Shown: positions 10,301 through 18,357 of the stretch, in pieces
Layout: each line of letters begins with the position of its first letter
Position numbering within the stretch: the first letter of the stretch is position 1
From: a virus
Lineage: Duplodnaviria > Caudoviricetes
Direction: 5' to 3' (one strand)
IMG/VR virus record: IMGVR_UViG_3300046777_000741
Span: 1-57,474 of that record
Length of the DNA: 57,474 nt
Made by a program: the position numbers and the translations under genes
Notes under the pieces: generated by a model
The model's input: the letters and a program-made list of their open reading frames with translations, nothing else
Database searches by the model: none
What the model was told of the DNA's origin: nothing

Positions 10301-12142
10301 ATGTCATCGTCTCTCAAAATTCAACAAGCTCCTCTGGCGTATTCTTTTTCGGATGGTCAAAATGACCAAGGTGCTCTCGAAGAACTGAATCGATCTAGAG
10401 AAAACCTTCAGCAGGCGCTGTATGCCCGTCAGAATCAATTATTTGATCCTGTTCTGTTGGCAATGGCGCAGGGTTTTTTGTCGCCTACCAAAACTGGATC
10501 TTTTGGCGAAACGCTGGGTAATGTCGCCGCACGAATCGCGCCTGTTCAGGAGGCCGAACAGAAAAGGGCTCAAGAGATTGCTGAGATGAGGTATGCCCTT
10601 GCTCAACAAGAGGTGGCTCAAAATCAAGTCAATGCCGGCATGCGGATGGCTCAAGGTCTCTTTTCTGGCGCTAAACCTTCTGGCCCTCAACCGACTGGAC
10701 AGGCCACACCTGAGGGCGCACCTACAGCTCCTACTGGAGCGGCTCCTGAAGTTTCTGGTGGCGCCCCTGTCAGTGGCCTGCAAAACGTCACCGGGGCGCA
10801 CGTTGCTGCTCTTGGGATGATGCCCGGAATGAAAAGTTTTGCTGATGCTCTTGAGAAGGGCATCAAACTTGATCGTGATCGATTCAAGAGTGAAGGCGGG
10901 GTTTTTGTTGATGTTGGCGCCGCAGGCGGCCCAAAGGTGATCCTCGATCTTCGTGGTGGCGAGCAGAAGCCCACGGAAGTTGTGATTGACGGCAAACGTA
11001 TGGTCGTCAATATGAGCCCATCCGAAGAGTTCCAGTTCCGAACCGCTAAAGAAAAAGGGCAGGAATCGGCGTTCTTCGACAAGATGCTCAAGGGGCGACG
11101 CACGGATGTGGATCTGCCGGCCTCTGGTGGCCAGTTGCAAGAGATCAACGTCCCGCTGCTTGGCCCCGAGGTCAAGTTCATGGGCACCCCGCGTCAGGCG
11201 GCAATGGTCGAGCGCCTGTCTGAAGAGGCACAAAGAACCCGCAACCCGGCTGCTCTGAGTGATTACGTCAACGAGATCCGGTTTGGTATGCGTACCCCCA
11301 TGACCGGCGCTCCTGCCGCTCCCCGGGCTGCAACTCGTGCCGCGCCCATGTCTGCCGACGAGGCTTTTGCGTCTCGCCCCTCTGCTGCACAACCTGCTGC
11401 CGCGCAACCTGCCGCCGGACAACCCGCCCGGGCACAAGCTGCGCCACAACCGGTTACCAGTGATCTGGCGCAATTGCCGCTCAAGGAGCAGAACGAAGAG
11501 ATCATCAAGCGCATCTCTGCCGCAGATAAACCCGCTCAAGAGCAGCAGGCGTTGATTATGAAGTCCGCATCTCCTGAGGTGATCGCGGGTTCTAACCTAC
11601 GCCTCAAGGAAATTAATAACCTTGTGACCAAACACCCGAACGTGGTGGGCTTGATGAATCAGCAAGGTCTTCTGGCTGCTCTTGGGAGATTAGCTCAAGA
11701 GGGTGCAAGAGTCGGCCAATACTCTGTTTCTCTGCCGGTCAATGAGTTTTTGGAGAACCTCAAACTCAGCCCGCAAGAGCAGCGGATCGCTAGACGCATC
11801 ACCATGTTGCTTGATGAGGAGTTCTTCAATCGCGCACAGTTGTCCAAGAGTGCGCTGGGCCCGCAGATCTCCAACGCTGATACCGTGCTGATGAAGTCCC
11901 CGATGGCTCGACCGCAGGATGCCGCGCCGTTGATCAAGTACTGGGCTTTGCACGGCATCCTGACCAACAAGCAGCTTGACGATATGTACCGTGGCCTCAA
12001 TAGCTGGCAAGACAGAACCGGTGGCCGCGCTCCTGCTCGCCAGTTCTTTAATACTGACGCTCGCACGATTATGGATAGTTACACGCCGATGTACGAGCAG
12101 TTGCAGCAACGCTTCCTGCCTTCTTCTCCGCCCGCGAGGTAA
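10301..12142 (+). CDS. Putative DNA ejection protein
   Basis: LLAMAQGFLSPTKTGSFGE N-terminal motif, Pro/Ala linkers, position in the ejection cluster. Confidence 0.55.
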   Translation: MSSSLKIQQAPLAYSFSDGQNDQGALEELNRSRENLQQALYARQNQLFDPVLLAMAQGFLSPTKTGSFGETLGNVAARIAPVQEAEQKRAQEIAEMRYALAQQEVAQNQVNAGMRMAQGLFSGAKPSGPQPTGQATPEGAPTAPTGAAPEVSGGAPVSGLQNVTGAHVAALGMMPGMKSFADALEKGIKLDRDRFKSEGGVFVDVGAAGGPKVILDLRGGEQKPTEVVIDGKRMVVNMSPSEEFQFRTAKEKGQESAFFDKMLKGRRTDVDLPASGGQLQEINVPLLGPEVKFMGTPRQAAMVERLSEEAQRTRNPAALSDYVNEIRFGMRTPMTGAPAAPRAATRAAPMSADEAFASRPSAAQPAAAQPAAGQPARAQAAPQPVTSDLAQLPLKEQNEEIIKRISAADKPAQEQQALIMKSASPEVIAGSNLRLKEINNLVTKHPNVVGLMNQQGLLAALGRLAQEGARVGQYSVSLPVNEFLENLKLSPQEQRIARRITMLLDEEFFNRAQLSKSALGPQISNADTVLMKSPMARPQDAAPLIKYWALHGILTNKQLDDMYRGLNSWQDRTGGRAPARQFFNTDARTIMDSYTPMYEQLQQRFLPSSPPAR

Positions 12143-12144
12143 GC

Positions 12145-13305
12145 ATGGCCGACCAGAAACAAGACAAAGCGCCCGACCTTGCCGACATCGATCCGATCTT
12201 CAAAAAGGAGATCGATCGGCAGGATGAGGAGCGCCGTCGTCGTGACGAGGACATCGCCAAGGGCAGAAAGCCCGATGATGAGACTCAGCCGCCGTCCAAA
12301 ATCTCTTTTGAGGATCGGATGCTGTACGACTTGGCCGGGGTTTTGGGTGGCCAAAGCGTGGCAAGAATGCTCGATTCCGTTGCCAGACGCCTGCCGGAGC
12401 CTGTGGCTGGCCCGATGCGCTCTGCCGGCTTTGAGACCGCAGGGATGGGCACTCCTAAGTCTCCTCGCGCCCCTCTATCGGCTGCTCCTGCGGCCCCCAT
12501 GGGTGCCCCGATGGCCGGTGCAGCTCCTGTTGGCGGCCCAGCAGGCCCCGTTGGAGGCCCTCCAAGCGTTGTTCGTGTGCAACAGCCACCTATGGGCGGC
12601 CCCGGCGCCTACAACTATGGCAAAGCGTTTGGCTTGACCGACATCGAGGCCGCTCGGGCGCTGGATATGACCAAAAACCCCGGTGGTGCCAACGATCTAA
12701 TCCGCCAGCGGGCCGAGGCGCTCAACCGCATCCAGCAAATGGGTGGTGGATACGTCGAAAATCCCCGGTTTGGTGGCTTGATGACTCCAGAACAAGGGGC
12801 TGGACAGGGCCCTCGGGCATCTTTTGTCCAGCAGTCGGCTGTTCCTGCAAACCCTGATATGCCTGCCGGACGCCCCGGCGGCCTTTCTCCGGTTCCCACG
12901 CCTAAGCCAATCCCCCTCACGGAGCCGCCTCCCGGGGCGCTGGATCGCTTTTTGACGGCAGGTAAAGGGGTAGCCAAGGCTGTGGCCGGATCGCCTCTTG
13001 TAACGGGCGTTTTGGGTGGTTTGGCCACCGCTGAAGGGGTTCAGGAGTACTTCAAGCGCCAGCAAGAGGGTGACATCCCCGGTCAGGTGATGGCTGGAAT
13101 GGGCGCTCTGGGCGGCGGGATGACCCTGATGCCTCACCCGGTGACCAAAGCTGTTGGGGCGGGGCTGGGCGCCCTGTCTCCGCTGACCCTGTACCTGTAC
13201 GACAAGATGAGACAGCGGGAGCAGCAGCAGCCCCTGAAGCCGAGAATCCCTGAGCCGGGAACCAATTTCCCGCCCTCAGAGATGCTTCTCAGGCCCACCC
13301 CTTGA
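12145..13305 (+). CDS. Putative internal virion protein with Gly-rich hydrophobic C-terminus
   Basis: 386 aa, last gene of the + operon; GxxxG-rich C-terminal segments. Confidence 0.5.
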   Translation: MADQKQDKAPDLADIDPIFKKEIDRQDEERRRRDEDIAKGRKPDDETQPPSKISFEDRMLYDLAGVLGGQSVARMLDSVARRLPEPVAGPMRSAGFETAGMGTPKSPRAPLSAAPAAPMGAPMAGAAPVGGPAGPVGGPPSVVRVQQPPMGGPGAYNYGKAFGLTDIEAARALDMTKNPGGANDLIRQRAEALNRIQQMGGGYVENPRFGGLMTPEQGAGQGPRASFVQQSAVPANPDMPAGRPGGLSPVPTPKPIPLTEPPPGALDRFLTAGKGVAKAVAGSPLVTGVLGGLATAEGVQEYFKRQQEGDIPGQVMAGMGALGGGMTLMPHPVTKAVGAGLGALSPLTLYLYDKMRQREQQQPLKPRIPEPGTNFPPSEMLLRPTP

Positions 13306-13336
13306 GTGATTCTCACAGTTGCCATTGTGAGACTTT

Positions 13337-13363
13337 AGGCCCCCCTCACCGGGGGCCTTTTTT
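13337..13363 (+). terminator. Intrinsic terminator between convergent arms
   Basis: AGGCCCCC..GGGGGCCT stem followed by a T tract. Confidence 0.8.
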
Positions 13364-13601
13364 ATAGTGGGCCGCGCACCTCTTCGAGCTTGTCGGCCAC
13401 CACGGAGTTCAGGCTCCTGACCACCTTGATGCACATCTGCCGCTCGGTTCTGGCAATTGCCGGCATGGCCTCCATGATGAAGCCGGTGGCAATGGTCTCC
13501 AGATCCTCGGGCAAGAAAGAGTGGCTCTCTTCGAGTTGCACGGCGATCTTTTCGAGGAAGGTCTTGACGACCTCCTCTTGAGTCAGATACGGGTTTTTCA
13601 C
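13362..13601 (-). CDS. Hypothetical protein
   Basis: 79 aa, 4-nt overlap with the upstream gene; ER..CI..V motif common in small phage proteins. Confidence 0.65.
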   Translation of the reverse strand: MKNPYLTQEEVVKTFLEKIAVQLEESHSFLPEDLETIATGFIMEAMPAIARTERQMCIKVVRSLNSVVADKLEEVRGPL

Positions 13602-14035
13602 TTAGCGGGCCTCCCGGGGCGCTTCTTCGGGGTGCCGTCCTTTTTGTAGCCGTAGGGTGCATTAACCGACTTCTTGGCCGCTCGGGGCTTTTGGGCGCCT
13701 TTGAAGCGGGCGTAGATCTTCTTGCCCACTTGGTTGGTGACCCATCCGTCTTCGGTCATCTCATTGGCGGGGAGGCTTTTAGTGCCCTGATACATCCGCT
13801 CGGCCAATAGATAGCCCTCCAGAGGCCAGATCTGGCGGACGGCATCATCATAAGCAACTTGCCGACCGATGACGAAGTCGAAGTTGGCGGGGTCGACGCA
13901 GGCGCTCAGGCCCTTGATCGTGTAGCCGTTCTCCAACGAGAGCATGCAGATGGTCGTCTTGCCATCGGGCAGCACCATGTAGCACGATGCCTTGATCTTC
14001 GATTCGATATCTTTGAGAGTGACTTTGTTTTCCAT
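13598..14035 (-). CDS. N4 Gp49 / Sf6 Gp66 family protein with basic C-terminal tail
   Basis: TTIC.L.LENGYTI.G.SACVDPANFD..IG..A..A..IWPLEGYLL signature; tail ends DGTPKKRPGRPAK (AT-hook-like). Confidence 0.85.
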   Translation of the reverse strand: MENKVTLKDIESKIKASCYMVLPDGKTTICMLSLENGYTIKGLSACVDPANFDFVIGRQVAYDDAVRQIWPLEGYLLAERMYQGTKSLPANEMTEDGWVTNQVGKKIYARFKGAQKPRAAKKSVNAPYGYKKDGTPKKRPGRPAK

Positions 14036-14044
14036 GATTTTTCC

Positions 14045-14212
14045 TTAAAAAATCCCGAACCAGATGCCAGTGCCGTGAATGCAACCTACGGGAAAAAAGA
14101 TTGCGCCGGCGATGAGAAAGCCCCAAGAGGCTGTTTTCAAGCAGGTGATGACATGGGTGAGCCATGCGCCGAGCACCCATACCACCAAAAGGATTGAGCC
14201 GATATCGCTCAC
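14045..14212 (-). CDS. Small two-TM membrane protein (55 aa; not in ORF track)
   Basis: MSDIGSILLVVWVLGAWLTHVITCLKTASWGFLIAGAIFFPVGCIHGTGIWFGIF*; GTG start overlaps the stop of the upstream ORF. Confidence 0.7.
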   Translation of the reverse strand: MSDIGSILLVVWVLGAWLTHVITCLKTASWGFLIAGAIFFPVGCIHGTGIWFGIF

Positions 14213-14286
14213 AGGTCTAGCTCCAGTTGGATGCAGACCGGCTCTTCAGGCGGCTCGATGAAGATGAAAATACGGAAGGGTGCCAT
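14209..14286 (-). CDS. 25-aa peptide (not in ORF track)
   Basis: MAPFRIFIFIEPPEEPVCIQLELDL*; preceded by AAGGAA; GTGA overlap with the next gene. Confidence 0.5.
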   Translation of the reverse strand: MAPFRIFIFIEPPEEPVCIQLELDL

Positions 14287-14299
14287 TGTGAGTTTCCTT

Positions 14300-15061
14300 T
14301 CACAGTTGAGATTTCGCGTACCAGTACGTCTTGAGAGCTTCAAACATCTTCCAGCCACGCTCTAGCTCTTCTTGTGTCCACTCCTTGACCACCACCAGCC
14401 CCGGCTCGATGACGGAGACGAAGATGTTGGCGCAGCGGGCCTTCGGCAGATCCAGCCCCATGCGGTAGGCGCTCAGTTGCATGACGTGCTCGTCATACCC
14501 CGTGGCCTTGTCGATGGTCTCGGTGGTGAATTCCTTGGTTTTGAAGTCAATCACCACGCCATCCCCGTCCGAGCTGGACAGGTCGAGCTTGCCGCCAAAC
14601 CCCAAGGGGCTGGCAAAGGACTTCTCGGTGGCCCAGTTCAGATCGCCAAAGTGCTCGTTGACCACCTTGTAGACAGGCTCAAGGTAAGGAAGGGCATCCG
14701 CGACGATCTGGCCATCGAAGAACTGCTCGATCGCCGTATGCACCTGCGTTCCACGATCGGCAGCCATCCGGGCCTGCTCTTTGGAGTCGGACTGGATTCG
14801 CTTGATGAAGGACTCCTCCGACTCATCCACGGCGCGTGGCAGGGTCAGGGCCGCCAGCATCATTTGGTTGAGCTTCCAGGCCTCTAGCCCGGGGCTGGCA
14901 GCCGCCTTGATGATGGTGGTGACCGATGGAACCAGCCCAAGCTTCCTGGCGTCTCGCAGGGTGGTCGGGCGCGGCTCTCCGTTCTTGGCAAGCACTGTGT
15001 ACGCTGGCGCTCCCGCCTTGTCGTACCAGTGGTTTGACTCTGATGCTCTGGCGACGATCAT
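14300..15061 (-). CDS. PD-(D/E)XK exonuclease (Cas4/RecB-like)
   Basis: VPSVTTII, RGT.VH, E, GGKLD, VIDFKT, QLSAY motifs. Confidence 0.85.
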   Translation of the reverse strand: MIVARASESNHWYDKAGAPAYTVLAKNGEPRPTTLRDARKLGLVPSVTTIIKAAASPGLEAWKLNQMMLAALTLPRAVDESEESFIKRIQSDSKEQARMAADRGTQVHTAIEQFFDGQIVADALPYLEPVYKVVNEHFGDLNWATEKSFASPLGFGGKLDLSSSDGDGVVIDFKTKEFTTETIDKATGYDEHVMQLSAYRMGLDLPKARCANIFVSVIEPGLVVVKEWTQEELERGWKMFEALKTYWYAKSQL

Positions 15062-15402
15062 GCTGGTGCTCCAAAAAGAAGTTTTTGCCTGCTCTTTGGA
15101 TTGATCTTGCGAAATTCAAAGAACCCTTCGGCTTGTGGGTGGGTCATCACATATAGCCGTCCAAGATATGGGACGCAGTGGTCGTTGATCTTGAAGGTGC
15201 TGTCGTTATCGGCAAGGGCCGTGTTATGACGCAGGTACTCCACAATCGTGCGAGACGAATAATGTGTTCGTCCCTTGTTCCTGACACTGGTGGCCTCTCT
15301 TTTGAAGGCCTCCCAAATGTGCAGGTTGTCCACAATCCAGTCAGTGAACTCTTCAGAAAACTGATCTGGATTGCCGCGAACGAGGTTCACGATTTCGCTC
15401 AT
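15058..15402 (-). CDS. Conserved hypothetical phage protein
   Basis: 114 aa, coupled to neighbours; HYSSRTIVEYLRH..FKIND..Y.GR..FFE.R pattern. Confidence 0.7.
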   Translation of the reverse strand: MSEIVNLVRGNPDQFSEEFTDWIVDNLHIWEAFKREATSVRNKGRTHYSSRTIVEYLRHNTALADNDSTFKINDHCVPYLGRLYVMTHPQAEGFFEFRKINPKSRQKLLFGAPA

Positions 15403-15404
15403 GA

Positions 15405-16070
15405 TCAGAACGGCACGTCATCGTCCATGTCGTCGAACCCGGAGGCCGGGGCCTGCTTCTCAGGGGCCACCTGCTTGGCCGGGGGCGCTTTACGTCCAGT
15501 CAGGGCCTTGAACTCGGGGGACGCCTCAATTTTGGTTTTTAGGCCCTTAGAGAAGGTCTCGAACATCTCCCAGTCGGGCTCGGCAAGGCGGAAGACCTGA
15601 AGCTCGTTCATGCCCTCGGGCAGGCCAGCTTTCTTGATCATGGCCGGCACCGGGGCGATGCCTGCTACGTTGGCGTAGGTCTTGCCGTTCTCGCCGGGGC
15701 GGTGGATGACGTTGAGCATGCACCACTGGCCAAGGATGTTTTTGAGGTCAAAGCGGTTAGCTTCGGCGTCCGTCCACGGCTGGCCGCGCCATCCTTGCAG
15801 ATCCTTGCGAAGGTTGGCGTTCTCAGACCACGAAAGGGTGTAGTTCTTGAAGATGGCCAGCGGGGCGCCGTCATCGGTTGTCAGGGGGGTGCCATCTTCT
15901 TCCTCGCCGTGGATCTCCCAGCCGAGCATGACCTTGCGGAGGAACTTCATCTGGCCCATGTACTCCGACTGCTGGGTGCCCAGGTCGATGATGCGATAGC
16001 ACCGGGCAAGGTGGGTGCCTGCCGGGGTGAGCTTGAATTCTTTGCCGCCACTTTCAACGAAAAAAGACAT
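15405..16070 (-). CDS. ssDNA-binding-like protein (NGO0469-like family)
   Basis: PAGTHLARCYRIIDLGTQ N-terminus, ANLRKDL..WRG, acidic SSB-type C-terminus DDMDDDVPF. Confidence 0.75.
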   Translation of the reverse strand: MSFFVESGGKEFKLTPAGTHLARCYRIIDLGTQQSEYMGQMKFLRKVMLGWEIHGEEEDGTPLTTDDGAPLAIFKNYTLSWSENANLRKDLQGWRGQPWTDAEANRFDLKNILGQWCMLNVIHRPGENGKTYANVAGIAPVPAMIKKAGLPEGMNELQVFRLAEPDWEMFETFSKGLKTKIEASPEFKALTGRKAPPAKQVAPEKQAPASGFDDMDDDVPF

Positions 16071-16080
16071 CTGATACTCC

Positions 16081-16425
16081 TTAAACTTTCTTAACGGGTT
16101 TCTTGGTTGGTTTCTTTACTTGCTTTGCAGCGGGTCTGGCAGCAGGCTTCTTTTTTGCCTGTCCCTTTGCAGCCACTCCCGATACTCTTTTTGCGCCTGC
16201 GGGTCGTTTAGCCACTGCTGGCGCTCGATCTCCAAAAAGTAGGCGTCCTGCATCATCCGGAAATCGGGTTCCAAATGAGATGATGAGGTTGACATCGATT
16301 GTCTCGTTGAGGCCATCGCCCACTCCTATGAAATAAAAGACTTCGTTCTTCTCGTCGGTTGCTTTGACAATGCCTACGATTCCCCTGTTGCGGAACCACA
16401 GACACCTTTGAGCCGTCAGTTCCAT
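16081..16425 (-). CDS. Hypothetical protein with Lys/Ala-rich tail
   Basis: 114 aa ORF in the leftward operon. Confidence 0.55.
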   Translation of the reverse strand: MELTAQRCLWFRNRGIVGIVKATDEKNEVFYFIGVGDGLNETIDVNLIISFGTRFPDDAGRLLFGDRAPAVAKRPAGAKRVSGVAAKGQAKKKPAARPAAKQVKKPTKKPVKKV

Positions 16426-16517
16426 AGCGGAGCGTCCTCGTGGTTGTCAGGATTGAAGGGGATGCGATCGCCCGGGCGGGGGTGCTGGAAGTCAGCAGGG
16501 GGGAATGGCCAGTTCAT
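16416..16517 (-). CDS. 33-aa Pro-rich peptide (not in ORF track)
   Basis: MNWPFPPADFQHPRPGDRIPFNPDNHEDAPLWN*; ATGA overlap with the upstream gene; fills the gap in the operon. Confidence 0.6.
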   Translation of the reverse strand: MNWPFPPADFQHPRPGDRIPFNPDNHEDAPLWN

Positions 16518-16756
16518 TTAGATGCCCCCCAGGCCAGCAACAGGGAGATGGCGCCTACCAGCAGCGCACCATAGACCACCCATTCAGCGATCTCAATTAT
16601 TCCGAGGCGGGGGCGATGTCCAAGCAAAGCTGCCTGGATAAGCTCTTCGTCGGCGGTCAGGCGGGCGAGGGGGCGTTGATAGAGCGATCCAATCTGGATG
16701 CCCGTCTTGGTGGTGTACGGCACGATGCCGCTTTGACTTGCTTTCTTCACTTTCAT
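16514..16756 (-). CDS. Small protein with C-terminal TM helix
   Basis: ATG after AAAGGA; VPYTTKTGIQIG..Y..IQAALL motif and hydrophobic C-terminus; first gene of the left arm. Confidence 0.7.
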   Translation of the reverse strand: MKVKKASQSGIVPYTTKTGIQIGSLYQRPLARLTADEELIQAALLGHRPRLGIIEIAEWVVYGALLVGAISLLLAWGASK

Positions 16757-16843
16757 TCCTTTCTGAAAACGCCTACAGCGCAGAAGCATTAGGCTCCCGC
16801 TTGAAGAAAAAGTCAAAGAAACCCGAGAAGAATGTGGGGTTTT

Positions 16844-16860
16844 TTGAATTCCAGATTCAA
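16844..16860. promoter_or_regulatory. Operator TTGAA-N7-TTCAA, copy 1
   Basis: TTGAA TTCCAGA TTCAA in the divergent intergenic region, next to TATACT (16863-16868). Confidence 0.7.
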
Positions 16861-16875
16861 GCTATACTCCGGCGC

Positions 16876-17076
16876 ATGAACCTAGCACAGTATTTTTCAG
16901 AGGAGCCGCGAGGGGCGAAGATCGAGATGGCCCAGTATCTGGGCATCAGTGCCGAATGGATGTCCAAGATCATCCATGGCAAGGTCAAGCCCGGAGCGGC
17001 CCTGTGCTACAAGATTGAGAAGGCTACGCAGGGGTTGGTGACGCGCAGGGAGTTGCGTCCTGACCTGTTTGCGTAG
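16876..17076 (+). CDS. Cro-like (YdaS family) HTH regulator
   Basis: 66 aa; MAQYLGIS..WMSKI..G..IEKATQGLVTRRELRPD signature. Confidence 0.85.
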   Translation: MNLAQYFSEEPRGAKIEMAQYLGISAEWMSKIIHGKVKPGAALCYKIEKATQGLVTRRELRPDLFA

Positions 17077-17081
17077 ACAAT
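17053..17081 (+). promoter_or_regulatory. Putative promoter for the replication genes
   Basis: TTGCGT, 17 nt, GACAAT; the predicted start site coincides with the 5' end of the leader structure. Confidence 0.45.
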
Positions 17082-17086
17082 GTTTT

Positions 17087-17166
17087 GAAACCCGGCTAGG
17101 TGGGAAGTCATGAGCCCACCGAAAAGCGAACCGCATCCCGCCTGCCGTAGGTTTCTTTAAGGATGC
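17087..17166 (+). ncRNA. Structured 5' leader of the replication initiator
   Basis: GAAACC/GGTTTC, CGGC/GCCG, GGTGGG/CCCACC and GCATCC/GGATGC complementarities. Confidence 0.55.
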
Positions 17167-17183
17167 ACTTGAGGATCGCGGAA

Positions 17184-17954
17184 ATGCACTACTACCAATT
17201 CAACATTGGGGACTACGCTTCCCATACCGGCCACCTCGACCCCATCGAGGACATCGCCTATCGGCGAATGCTTGACTGGTGCTACCTGCATGAGCGCCCA
17301 CTGCCCGACGACATTGAGCAGATCAGCAAGCTCATCCGTATGCGTTCGCATACCGACTGCATAGCGTCCGTACTGCAAGAGTTCTTCGAGCGCACTCCGG
17401 ATGGATGGTGGAAGGGGCGCATCGGAGAGGAAATCGCTCGGGCCGACGAAAAGTCGAAGAAGGCGTCTGCCAGCGCAAAGGCTAGGTGGGGCAAGGAAAA
17501 AGATGATGCGAACGCATTGCAAGCGCAATCCAAACGCAATGCTACACAAGACACATTACCCAAGACACAAGACACAGAACACAGGACACAGGTTAAAAGC
17601 ATCGAGCCGCAAAGCGACTCTCCGCCGGTCATCGAGATCCCGATTCTTGGTGACAAGGTCTTTGGGGTTAGTAGCCAGATGGCTCAGGAGTGGTCTTCTG
17701 CCTACCCGGCTGTCAACGTGATGCTGGAGCTTGGGAAGATGCGGGCATGGGCTCTGTCGAACCCTACAAAGCGCAAGACTGCTGGCGGGATCATGCGATT
17801 CATCAACGCATGGCTGGCCAAGGCTCAAGACCAAGGCGGTAGCCCTGCTGCTGCCAGCTTCAAGAACCAAGGTGACCGCAACGCAGAGGTTTTGCAGGGT
17901 CTGACCCGTGGACTCGTTGGAGGAGGCAGCAATGTCAAATTACTCGGAAACTGA
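17184..17954 (+). CDS. Replication initiator, DUF1376/YdaU family
   Basis: MHYYQFNIGDY..T.HL..ED.AYRR.LD.CY..E.PLP N-terminus; C-terminal YPAV....EL..M..W..NP.KRKT..G..RFI..WL.KAQ domain. Confidence 0.85.
   Translation: MHYYQFNIGDYASHTGHLDPIEDIAYRRMLDWCYLHERPLPDDIEQISKLIRMRSHTDCIASVLQEFFERTPDGWWKGRIGEEIARADEKSKKASASAKARWGKEKDDANALQAQSKRNATQDTLPKTQDTEHRTQVKSIEPQSDSPPVIEIPILGDKVFGVSSQMAQEWSSAYPAVNVMLELGKMRAWALSNPTKRKTAGGIMRFINAWLAKAQDQGGSPAAASFKNQGDRNAEVLQGLTRGLVGGGSNVKLLGN
17507..17592 (+). repeat. Iteron-like repeats (putative origin) inside the initiator gene
   Basis: Three 11-mers (TGCGAACGCAT, TGCAAGCGCAA, TCCAAACGCAA), then seven 7-mers of ACACAAG type at 17544-17592. Confidence 0.7.
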
Positions 17955-18357
17955 TTTCTGCCAGCCCGAGGAGGGCTTGGACTACGTTTTTGGCTACATG
18001 AGCGCCGTCTACGGTGCCTCGTTCACCCGGCACTGGGAGCGGGTTGACCCGGAACTGGTGCGATCGGTTTGGGCCAAGGAGCTTGGGCGGTTCCTGACCT
18101 ACAAGCCTTCGCTGGAGTACGCCTTGAGCCACCTGCCGCCGAACCTGCCGCCGTCTGCGATTGCGTTCCGAAATACCTGCAACGCTGGCCCCGCCATCCC
18201 GGTCAAGCCCCTGACGCTGATCGAGAAGCAGCCCACGCAGTACGAGAAGGCTCGGGCCGAGATTGCCAAGTCCGAGGCGCTCCAGAAGCTCAAGGAACTT
18301 AAGGAGCAGATGTCTGCTGGTATAGCCCAGCGCAGGAGCCATGATGAACAAGATTGA
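17932..18357 (+). CDS. Putative helicase loader (lambda P-like position)
   Basis: Follows the initiator; F..M.A.YG..F...W..W..EL..PPS...F...C pattern. Confidence 0.5.
   Translation: MSNYSETDFCQPEEGLDYVFGYMSAVYGASFTRHWERVDPELVRSVWAKELGRFLTYKPSLEYALSHLPPNLPPSAIAFRNTCNAGPAIPVKPLTLIEKQPTQYEKARAEIAKSEALQKLKELKEQMSAGIAQRRSHDEQD

Noticed and set aside
14300-15061. Cas4 / CRISPR-associated gene
   Set aside because: Lacks the four-Cys cluster pattern and any cas context; a typical phage recombination nuclease.
16801-16817. Fifth TTGAA-N7-TTCAA operator (also 28436-28464)
   Set aside because: Right half-site mismatched at 16801 and spacing wrong at 28436; at most weak sites.
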